A program made the position numbers and the translations under genes. DNA of 64,000 nt from contig NC_043000.1 in the NCBI RefSeq assembly GCF_006345805.1, positions 3,658,001 through 3,722,000 of the forward strand, in the 5' to 3' direction. Shown here one piece after another: positions 39,262 through 50,195 of this stretch. Origin of the DNA: Octopus sinensis (taxonomy: Eukaryota). The notes under the pieces were generated by a model. It saw only the letters and a list, made by a program, of their open reading frames with translations. It did not search any database and was not told where the DNA came from. Every line of letters starts with the position of its first letter. The first letter of the stretch is position 1.

Positions 39262-39700
39262 GCAAGGACCACATTGAGGAAGCTTTGAGAGTAAGAAGAG
39301 AAAATATGCTGAGCAAGTGGTAAGTGGAGTTATGCAAAAGTAACTCCACTTGGCAAGCAAAGTGTAAACCCACAAAGGTGTTTATAGAGGGTTTGTAGGC
39401 CAGTCCCTGTGCAGGGCTTACAATATGCTTGGCATCACAGTAGGCAGAAGGCCATCAGGTTGGCTGAGGAAATGGCAGAGGTTACCTCAAGATGGCTATG
39501 GATCAGGTGGTGTGAACCCTGAAAGTGGAAGTGCTACTAGGTTTAGAGCTAACTAGATACAAGCTGGAGATTAACAAACCTGACTGTGTTGCCTGAATGA
39601 GGGTGTCTGACGTTGAAAGACCAAAATCATCAATTGATCTCAGGAAACATCACTGAAGATGTGTCCAGGTGCATCTCAGGATGATGTATGGACAAAAAAC
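39262..39700 (+). mobile_element. HERO-like (R2-group, restriction-like endonuclease) LINE 3' fragment
   Basis: Frameshifted remnants DHIEEA..KRKYAEQV, WQAKCKP, RGFVGQSLCRAYNMLGIT and AEVTSRWLWIR resemble the HERO-clade C-terminus as I recall it. Confidence 0.65.
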
Positions 39701-39751
39701 ACTGTATACACTGTTATGTTTTTATATACATGTGTGTGTATGTGTGTGTAT

Positions 39752-40150
39752 ATCTTTTATCTTTTACTTGTTTCAGTCATTAGATTGCAGCCATGCTGGG
39801 GCACCATGTTGAAGAATCTTAACTGAATGAATCAACCCCAGTACTTTTTTTTAAAGCCTGCTACTTATTGATATCTTTTGCTGAACTGCCAAGTTACGGG
39901 GATGCAAACACACCAACACCAGTTGTCAAGCAGTGGTGAAAGGATGGACACACACACAGATACACATACACACATATATATATATACACTACAGGTTTTT
40001 CAGTTTCTGTTTACCAAATCCACTCACAATGCTTTGGTTGGCCCAAGGTTATAGCAGAAAACACTTGCCCAAGAGGCCATACAGTGGGACTGAATCGAGA
40101 ACCATATGGTTGGGAAGCAAAGCTTCTTACCAAACAGCCATATCTGCACC
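39752..40150 (-). mobile_element. SINE family A, older variant
   Basis: tcttttacttgtttcagtcatt tail and a decayed head. Confidence 0.75.
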
Positions 40151-40211
40151 TGTTCTTTTATTCATTTTAGTCACACAGCTACAGGCATGCTGGAGCACCA
40201 CCATATATATT

Positions 40212-40350
40212 ATCATCATCCTCCTTTAACGTCCGCTTTCCATGTTAGCATGGGTTGTACGATTTGACTGAGGACTGGCAAACAAGATGGCTGCACCAGA
40301 CTCCAATCTGATCTGGCAGAGTTTCTACAGCTGGATGCCCCTCCTAACGC
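40212..40350 (-). mobile_element. Family C 3' fragment
   Basis: catcatcctcctttaacgtccgctttccatg...ctacagctggatgccc. Confidence 0.8.
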
Positions 40351-40477
40351 CATATATATATATATACATAATTATAAACGGAAAAGACTTTCTCACCTTC
40401 CCGAACATCAAACTAAAACACCTGCTTGTTGTTTATACACCTGTCTTCATCTTTTGTTTTTCTGTAAATTACACCTT

Positions 40478-40519
<42 letters not shown>

Positions 40520-40520
40520 G

Positions 40521-41261
40521 ATGAATGTTTTTATATATAATGAACGTGAAATACAGGAAGGGACGAACACGGAACACAGACAAATCATTCGAAGCCTTCA
40601 ATCTTCAGTCAGACACCGAATCATCATAGCAAATTTCGGCTGTTCAATTCTGATATTTGCTCCAACTCGGCCAGCCCCAAGGAAAAAAAACTAAGCTGTA
40701 AGCATTAGATTTCTTGGTAGAAGACAGGAATGTGAACGCACAAGACGGATGTGAATACAAGAGACGAAAACGAAATTGAAAACAGTAATGAATAAACAAA
40801 ATATATATAACGGTGGTTGTCATACGACTTTAGACCAAATGAGACAAAAACAACAACAACAACATAGCTGGCGTAGAAATAATTACCGTTTCGGTAGCGG
40901 GGACACATGTTGGTCGAGATACGAAGGCCAACAGAATGGTTTAAGAAGCAGCAGGTCGCAGGAGAGAGAGAAAGAGAGACAGAGAGAGAGGGAATCAAAG
41001 AGGGTGGAAGGCAGGGGACAGAATCAGTGACCAAGAGAAAAGGAGAAAGAAGGGATTAAGGAGGATGGGAGGAAGAGGGGAGGAGGATGGGAGGAAGAGA
41101 GGGAAGAATCGGAGGGCGCCAAAAAGTTTGGTGAAGAAGCAATGGCGGGTAGGAAAGACAGTGTGTATAGAAGTCGTGCAGGGTTTAAAATTGGACAAAC
41201 AAACAGGGGGGGGGGTGCACGTAACGCCGCAATAATATAAGAATGAATGTTTTTATATATA
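40521..41261. mobile_element. 722-bp unit with 19-bp terminal direct repeat, between (TA)n tracts
   Basis: atgaatgtttttatatata at 40521-40539 and 41243-41261; CpG-rich, with an internal polypurine tract. Confidence 0.45.
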
Positions 41262-43300
41262 TATATATATGGCATTTAATGATAAAACTACATGAGTGAC
41301 TCAAGGTGCAAAAGGTTTTGATAAGTGCAATGATGCACAAAACTCTCAGCCCTTGTGTGATTTATGTAGTTTCCCAACTAAAAGTAAAAAATTTATATGT
41401 GCTGTACATTTGCACATTGAGTTCTATTTCTTTTTCTTGTACTACCAAACCCATATTTCATGCATACATAAATCAAATACTTGCCAACTTCAGGGCTAAT
41501 GTTTCAATATAGAGCTAATATAAAAAGACAAAAAATTATTCAGATTTTTATAATCAAGAAAACACAAATTGTTCCTAATTGTATACTAATCATAACTAAT
41601 GATTTGTTGTAGAAAAATACTCTAATACAGAGATGCAAATCTATTAAGAACAAGTGAAAACTAGATCACTTTTTCAGAGTTCACATATCTTTACATTGGT
41701 TGGTATGACGTTTGTTGAATTTTTTCTATGTCAGGAAACTTAAAAGAACAAATCTTTTAAAAAGTTGACAGTTATAACTAACAAGAATTAATTATTTCAA
41801 CTACAAAAATTGATTTAAGAGATGTAACACCAGGAAAATGATTAAATATATTTCACAAAGTCAATAATTTAAATGACATTTCATGAGATTTAATCTAGAT
41901 GTAAAATGAGGGCAGGAGTTTTTTTTCTTTTTTTTTTTTTTGTAGAAACAATTACTATGAAATCTGACTTTAACACTTCAAGCTAATGAAATAATTTTTG
42001 TGTCACTCAGACTACTAGAAATAGCTACCAATTTTCCAGCAAATCATACAGATGGTCAAACTGAACATCAACTATAAGAATCTCAACAATATAAGACCCT
42101 AAAAAAGTCATGGACACTGTACTTTCTCAGGACCAAGTTCTCCATTCCAACCTGTCCAGCAAACCAAGAAATCTAAGAATCCTACTATCTTAAAAAATAG
42201 AACACATTGAATAAAATAGTTCCAGATATACTATGTCTGAAAATAGGATGATCATAGGTTTAACCTAATCAGAACTGACCTGTGACAAAACAACTTCAGC
42301 ATTTTTTTTTATAGCTCAAAGCTTTAACCATATTACAGAGCTGATGAGACTGGTTGGAGAGAAAGAAAGAAACCACTTCTTGTTGCAATAGGAAGCAACA
42401 CATGTTGAAATCAAGGTAGCCTCATACTTTGTCTGAATATGTCTAACAAAGTGGACTCTGCTAAAGGTCTCCAAGGGCTTGGTGGTGGTAGTTAAACCAG
42501 CTGACATATTAAATTGTCAGATTAATTGATCCAAGAACAGGTATAGTCAATCTGATAGGCTTCTCTACTGTTTTTCTCTGCCCAATATCAATCTCAGCAC
42601 TTGGATCAATCAGAGGCTGGCTCAAGGTACTGCACAAAGAAATAAAATCTTGAGCCATGTGATTGACCATATCTGTGCTCATGAATGTAAGCTATTTTTA
42701 AAATATTAGATTACAGGACTACAACAATATAAACTTTTATTCAAATTGTGTAAGTAAAAAATATTTGGAAAATGGAACAAAGATAAAATGTGGTATTTTA
42801 TAAGAATGAAAATATTCTATTCTGTTCAGGCATTGTTAATACAACAATCATTTCAAACAAGTACAGTGAGAATTGGCAATGATAACAATATATATGTTTT
42901 TATGGAATATATTGGATATAATGATTGTTTTATCCATCCTTCATTATATTTATAACAAAGAATTAGTACTGTTTTAAATGAAGTTTTCTAGTCAATTCAA
43001 CCAATAAAATTGAAGAGAATTCACTAAGTTTAATCAAATCAATTTATTATAGAATTATCTTTTTATTCACAAAGGAAATATGAATATTTAACACATTGCC
43101 TGCATTGTCCATATCTGACAATATGGTTTTCACAGTTAAAAGCAATTTAATGTTAATAAATAATTCTGCTTTAGAACTGGTGATTATATAACAGAGATGG
43201 GTGTTAACTTCGGGATCATCACAATACATAAATTTACTTTCTAAATATGAAAATGATGGCTGAGTTTCATTTAGAAGAACTTTATATATGTATATATATA

Positions 43301-43351
<51 letters not shown>

Positions 43352-43356
<5 letters not shown>

Positions 43357-43556
43357 CTCCAAACATGAACAATGAGAAAACACAACAAGGTGTGGACGTG
43401 GAACAAGTATAGTGTTAGTGGACGCTCAGGAAAGGAAAGAAAGAAGGAAGATTTAACATTTTGAGTGGAGCTCTTCATCAGAAACATAAAAAAAGGAAAG
43501 GTCCAAGGAAGGGAAGATGGAGAAAAAAAATCGCCAACGATATACACGCAGTCACA
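43352..43556 (-). mobile_element. (TA)n-flanked element carrying a CpG-decayed hammerhead motif
   Basis: Homologous to 44810-45170; motif at 43451-43485. Confidence 0.55.
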
Positions 43557-43583
43557 TAATATATATATATATATATACATACA

Positions 43584-43928
43584 GTGAAGGCGCATGGCTC
43601 AGTGGTTAGAGCGTTGAGCTTACGATCGTGAGGTTGTGAGCTCGAATCCCGGACCGGGCTGCATGTTGTGTTCTTGAGCAAGGCACTTTATTTCACGTTG
43701 CTCCAGTTCACTCAGCTGTAGAAATGAGTTGTGACGTCACAGGTGCCAAGCTGTATCGGCCCCTTTGTCTTTCCCTTGGATAACACTGGTGGCGTGGAGA
43801 GGGGAGGCTGGTATGCATGGGCGACTGCTGGCCTTCCATAAACAACCTTGCCCAGACTTGTGTCTAGGAGGATAACTTTCTAGGTGCAATCCCATGGTCA
43901 TTCATGACCGAAGGGGGTCTTTACCTTT
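43584..43928 (+). mobile_element. SINE family B with tail type 2
   Basis: Strong tRNA-like head (tggctcagtggttagagcg..gagctcgaatcc); 11-bp low-complexity TSD atatacataca at 43573-43583 / 43929-43939. Confidence 0.85.
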
Positions 43929-44321
43929 ATATACATACATATATATATAAATATATACTACAAAATTAGAAAATGGAGAAACATACTTAAATCAATCAAA
44001 CATCAACCATCAGATGATACCCAATCAATACTTTATTACACCATTACATAACAGTAAAGGCATTATACAAAATATATTGTAAATACACACACACACACAT
44101 TTGTAGTGTAACATATGGATTCATAGAATCATGTGTTTATCACAGAAAGCTCCTCTAACAGAGTCAGTTAACAGACCACATGGTTATCCAATGCAGAAGT
44201 GTATAATGCAGAGTTTCATGAAGTAGGAATCTGGGAGACCTTATTAATGAAATTATTTCATGAGGAGTATATAAACTATAAATAGTTAGGAGGTATGAAA
44301 GATGATATGCATATATACATA

Positions 44322-44520
44322 TCATCCTTTAACATCTGTTTTCCATGCTGGTATGGGTTGGATGGTTTGATACGAGCTAGTGATCCAGAGGGTTGTGCCA
44401 AGCTTTATTGTCTGCTTTGGCAAGGTTTCTACAGCTGGATGCCATTCCTAATATCAGCCACATAGCAGATTATATTGAGTGCTTTTTACATGGCACCAGC
44501 AAGGTTACCAAGTAACTTGC
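44322..44520 (-). mobile_element. Family C decayed 3' fragment
   Basis: catcatcctttaacatctgttttccatgc...ctacagctggatgcc. Confidence 0.6.
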
Positions 44521-44809
44521 AAGACAAAAACCCCACTCCCTGCTCTCAATTTGACTGAGTGGGGCTTGGAATTGAGGGAGGTGTCTTTGTGCCAAGTGAT
44601 GAGAGGTTAGCATATGGTAGAGGGATAGAAAATGGTGTTTTGGAGTAGAAGAAATACACGGCTACTCCAGTTGGAAAAGGAGAGAGGTGAGGAGAAACAG
44701 AGAGATGGTGAAGATGTGTTACAGAGAGGGGTATGTAAGTGAAGCAGTACAGAGGACTGGATAGGGTGAATGAGCACATAAGTTCACTATATATATATAT
44801 ATATATATA

Positions 44810-45170
44810 TATAACGGGAAGCTTTATGAAAATAGACAAAAGACGAAGGCAGGTGGGAAACAAACAAACAATTGTATTAGTATGGTGCTCAGGAAATATA
44901 AATAAAACAAGTCTTTAACGTTTCGAGCCTACGCTCTTCAACAGAAAGATACACAGAGAGAAAAAATCACAGAAAGAAGGAGAGAAAAAAATGCGTGCAG
45001 TAACTAACGAATCAACATGGCGATCTGATTTCGGCCAGAGGTCAAAGATCAAACATGAGACGCGAGAGCGAAATAAGGGGAGATAATAGGGTTGATAATA
45101 GGGTTGAATGACCAGCTATTAGTGCGTATGAGAGGTCTGGACGTGTGTATGTATAGGGTTGGTGTATGTA
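44810..45170 (-). mobile_element. (TA)n-flanked element carrying a variant hammerhead
   Basis: CpG-rich block between (TA)n tracts; related to 43352-43556 and, inverted, to 40375-40480. Confidence 0.55.
44912..44949 (-). ncRNA. Variant minimal hammerhead ribozyme (A6U, extra A after A9)
   Basis: Minus strand: UCUUU CUGUUGA A GAGC-guag-GCUC GAAA CGUU / AAAGA. 5-bp stem I, 4-bp stem II, palindromic ACGU helix III. Confidence 0.55.
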
Positions 45171-45174
45171 TTAG

Positions 45175-45214
<40 letters not shown>

Positions 45215-45215
<1 letters not shown>

Positions 45216-45621
45216 CTCTTTTACTCTTTTACTTGTTTCAGTCATTTGACTGCAGCCATGCTGGAGCACCGCCTTTAGTCGAGCAAATCGACCCCGGGAC
45301 TTATTTTTTGTAAGCCCAGTACTTATTCTATCAGTCTCTTTTGCCGAACCGCTAAGTGACGGGGGACGTAAACACACCAGCATCGGTTGTCAAGCAATGC
45401 TAGGGGGACAAACACAGACACACAAACATATACACACACACTTATATATACATATATACGACAGGCTTCTTTCAGTTTCCGTCTACCAAATCCACTCACA
45501 AGGCATTGGTCGGCCCGGGGCTATAGCAGAAGACACTTGCCCAAGATGCCACACAGTGGGACTGAACCCGGAACCATGTGGTTGGTTAGCAAGCTACTTA
45601 CCACACAGCTACTCCTGTGCC
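45215..45621 (-). mobile_element. SINE family A, full length
   Basis: Near-identical to 23576-23978. Confidence 0.92.
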
Positions 45622-46717
45622 TATGCTTAGATAAAATGAATAATCAGGGCAAAAAATTCTTCATAAATTGAAATTTTTTGATTAGATGTAGAAAGAAAGC
45701 AAATGCTATTGTTAGGTGACACAAAGAACAGAGAAAATAATTTCAATATATTTAGAATAATTAAAAATATCTTCATGCTTAAGGGGAAAATCAGATCTCT
45801 GTTAGCAGGGACAGTGATAGTAGCAGACATGTTTCAGTATTATTGGGCCTTGTCAGCAAAACGTAGAAACATGAACACACTTGATAAATAAAAATACAAT
45901 TCTGCACAGAGAAGATGGACTATGAATAATTTTTGGAAAGTAGTAATAAAAAAAAACAAAATTAAGACAAGGGAAATAACTCAAATATGCTAATGGCATA
46001 GACTGAGATAAATCAACAGAGCATGAATGTACTGAATGACATGGAGAATAAATTATTAATGAATTGAATTTTTTCTCTTAGTTGCAGAAAGTAAACAAAA
46101 ATGTATCGATATTTGTTAATGACTCATTAAGCAAAAGGAAGATAATTTTAATGAAATAAGAATTAATTAAAAATTTTTTTTTGATTTATCTCAAACTGCC
46201 ATTGGCTTATTTGACTATTTCCCTTAGCTCAGTTTTGTCTTTTAATATGTAAATTATTACATGCCAAAAATTATTTGTACCCCTCTTCTGAAAAAAAACT
46301 ATGTTTATTCATAAAGTTAATAAAGCAGAGTTACTTTTTTTTTTTTTTTTTTTAAGTCTATGCTTCTCTGACTGGATCCAATAAAAATGAAATCAGTCTG
46401 CTGCTGTTACCATCCCAACTTACAAAGATCAAATATTCTCTTAAGCATGAGGAATAATTCTTTTTATAAATTATTAATTTATTAAAATTATCTTCTCTTT
46501 GTTTGTTGCTAACAAATGTAGATGGTTAAAGAACGAAAACAATAATCAAAGAGGAAAATTTCAATTCATTAAGAATGTTTCGCATGTGTCATTCAATGCA
46601 GCCATACATACTTGACTTGTCCTACTGCATACCATTGATTTTACTTGAGCATTTTCCACTAGCTCAATTCGATTTTTCTTATGTTCCAATATACATAAAA
46701 AAAAAATAAATAAATGT

Positions 46718-46947
46718 TCCTTCTGAAGCCAGGCTCATAAGGGGCGGTTTCCTGGTTTCAGTGGCGTAGAAATTTCCCAACTGGACAGGACGCCAGTCCG
46801 TTGCAGGATTATTCATTTTTACCAGCTGAGTGGACTGGAGCAACATGAAAATCAAGTATTTTGCTCAAGAACACAATGCATCGCCCAGTCCAGGAATCGA
46901 AACCAAAACCTTGCGATCATGAGTTCAACACCCTAACCACTAAGCCA
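46718..46947 (-). mobile_element. SINE family B with tail type 3 (V-domain-like)
   Basis: Same head and body as 5970, followed by cctgcaacggactggcgtcctgtccag...gaaaccaggaaacc. Confidence 0.75.
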
Positions 46948-47504
46948 ATATATATGTACATCTAAAATTTGCACTTTTTCTCCCAAGTTTTATGTAAATA
47001 TTTTACATTCTTTCATGCATATCATCACCTGAGTAAACTTCACTGCTATTGAACCTACAGAGGATTTTTAGTGCCACCGTCAAAAGCAGAGAAAATGGTT
47101 AAACCTCAGGTTTTATCTCTCCCTGGACAGCAAAAATGGAACAGATTTGGCCAGAGTTGCTCAACTTTATCTCTCAAATTTAAACCCAGCACATCTGAAA
47201 TGATGAACGATGCAATGGACATTGTAGCCCAAAACACAAATAAACAATAGACATTGATATACAGAAGACACAAATTAGAAGTTTCCTTGATCAGAGATGA
47301 CCTGATGCTAAATAACAAACCTAACACTTTTGCTAGCACCTTATTTCATTTAAACACCTTCATAATGTCAGTTTCAAAAAATTCTTTTTCACCATCAATG
47401 AGAAAGTACATTTCAGACACATTAATAATATTTTCTCAATGAAAACTTTGGCATCACACCTAACTCTTCTTATTCTTGGTTGACAGGTAACCAAGATTAT
47501 ACAT

Positions 47505-47750
47505 CAACACCGATATTTTTAACACCCACTTTTCCATGCTTGCATAGGTCAGACTGATTTTATTGAGGCAGATTTTCTTTGTCTGAATGCCTTTCCTATC
47601 AATAACCCTAATCCGTTGACAGGCAAGATAATATTTCCTCATATTTTGCAGAATATTGGACATGAATGATACTGCTTGAAAGACAGTAACATTCATTTAC
47701 AAATATCAAGCAATGTCAAATCAAGGTGACACAAACCCACACAGACACAC
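47505..47750 (-). mobile_element. Decayed family C-type tail variant
   Basis: Homologous (inverted) to 36470-36690, and to 55905-56080. Confidence 0.5.
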
Positions 47751-49269
47751 ATGTATGTATTTATGTGTGTGTGTGTCACCTTGATATATATATATATATA
47801 TATATATAGATAGATATAGATATATGCAGTTAAGTATATAAATACATTACTGTTCTATACTTTAGAGTGTGATTCTTGTTCAGATATATGATACACTGAC
47901 TATATATATATATATATATAAACACATATACAGGATTCAATGAATAAACTGTTATCTAAATTACACAAAAATCAAAATAACACAGACATCTCATTTTAAC
48001 AGATATATTTGCCAAAATTACATAAAATTATTTCGAAATATTAAAGAGTAAATTTGTTCAACAAGTCTTTGCAAGCAAAGTTTATTGTCCAATGAATGAG
48101 GGGTACTCATAAGTGGGCTGGTTACACCCACTGGCATAGGCCACAGATTATGGGATACTCATTCTCTGAAGATCCAACAAGACTAGAAACTGGTAAAATC
48201 CGTATCACTTTTGCTAACCACAAGAGGAGATAAAACTTAGTGTGAATTAAACTTACACTGTTTATATAATGAAGCTAAAACATACAGTTTATATCTTACA
48301 TTTCAGACTTTCCAAAATGCTGAGGAGTGCCCTGTGAATTAGTGTGTGTGTATGTGTGTGTGCACGCATATAAAAACACTGAAGTGTTCACCAGAGCAGG
48401 AAAGAGAGTGCTCAATAGCAGAGGTAGAGGTAGATATTATTAGGTGTTGAAATTTCATAAATTGTTTCTCTGAATTACTTATTTCTGATCTTTATTTAAA
48501 GAGTAGGAATGAAACTCAGTGTAAAAATATGTGAAGTTTCAACAGCCAATAAAATAAATTATTATTATATATAAATACAGATTTGTTTGCATATACATAT
48601 ATATGTTACATATATAGATATATATGTACGTATAGATAAGTACATTTGTAAATCACACTCACTCACATTAAAAGTGTGTGTAAGTAGAGAGAGAAAGAGA
48701 GAAGAAAGAAAGAGTATGTGAGTGTATGTTTAGGCATAAATACAATCAATATCCAAATAATAAACATAATTTTCTGAATATTCATTCAGTCACTTTAGAT
48801 TTTTTTTCTTTTTTTATCACTGAGCCATGACAAGGAAACATCTTTGAAACATAAAATAGTAAGAGTTACAGATATTTTGTGGCAGATATCATAGGAATCC
48901 AGATATTATAGGAGAAAAATATTTAGAATTTTGTTTAGATGCGAGGAAATTTAATGGTTGACATATCTGAAAAGTTTGAATAAAAACGGATTGAGGTATG
49001 ATTTGTTGAATATGTATTTTTGTATGAGAAACTTTGAAGAGAAATGGAGTAAAAGTGAGACAAGAGTGGCTGGGTATTGAAGGTATCAGCTGATGTATGA
49101 AGCATGTGTTAGAAGTGTAATGCTACTTGACAATGAAACAGATATTCAATATATTCTATGAGGGGTTACATAGAAATGAATAAGTATCATCTGTTAGACA
49201 TGTGATGTTAACCTACATGAAAGGTAAAGTGCAAATGAGTTTGGAGAGCAACTAGGCATTAAATATATA

Positions 49270-50195
49270 TTGGGTCATCCCATAAATGCGCTTTTTCTTT
49301 GTTTTCAATTCCATGAACTAAAAGTTGGAGGGGTATGGGATAAACTACCTGCATCAACTTGCTACAAAAGCAGGTAATAATTTTACCTAGTCCTTATTCT
49401 TAGTGCAAGTTTTGAAAAGTGAAGTTCGATTTTTACCGTTACTTTTCCAAAGCTATAATGGATGTGACAAAGGAGCATATTCAGCATATTTTGCTTTATG
49501 AGTTCAATAAAGGCAACAATGCAACAGAAAGTGTGAGGAATATTAATGCAGTATATGGGGATCAGACAATAAGCATAAGCCAGTGTCAGTGGTGGTTCCA
49601 GAAATTCTGAGCCAGAAACTACAGCCTAGAAGACGAGCCTCATCCTGGAGGTTCTGTAGAGCTCGATGAGGACATCCTGCAAACCCTAGTGGAACAAAAT
49701 CCCATCATAACAGTTGAGGAACTAGCAGAGAAGCTGGGATTTGGTTATTCAACCAGTCATTCAAGTCTTCACTAGAAGAAAAACAACCATCTTTGGTTTC
49801 AAAACAAAAGGTGTTCTTCCATCAGGATAATGCTCAGCCACATACAGTGAGGATGACATTCCAAAGGCTGGAGCAGTTTCAATGGGAAACGATGCCCCAC
49901 CCACTATATTCACTGGACATTGCCCCATCTGATTATCATTTATACCACAGTCTTCAAAATCATTTGGATAGAAAATATATGAATTCTGTAGATGAGGTCA
50001 GAACAGTACTAAAGGAGTATTTTTCGCTACAGACAAGTGAATTTTGGAATAGGGGCCTTGCAAGTCTACCAGAGAGATATAAGAGCATTGTAGAAAATGA
50101 AAGAGAGTATATTTTAGATCAAAATAGAAGCTTATCTTAATTTTGAAAAAGAAAGGAAGTATAAAAATAACCGCCTGATTTATTGGATGGCCCAA
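49270..50195 (+). mobile_element. mariner (DD34D) transposon, internally deleted
   Basis: ATG at 49458, MDVTKEHIQHILLYEF; HQDNAQPH...HPLYSLDIAPSDYHL with 34-residue spacing; TIRs ttgggtcatcccataaat / atttattggatggcccaa flanked by TA. Confidence 0.88.

Noticed and set aside
39323-39352. 11-bp inverted repeat aagtggagtta/taactccactt
   Set aside because: A local feature within a decayed LINE coding remnant, with no evidence of function.
40575-40616. Hammerhead-like motif in the 722-bp unit, as an intact ribozyme
   Set aside because: GAAA is broken and there is no stem I, so it is not called as ncRNA.
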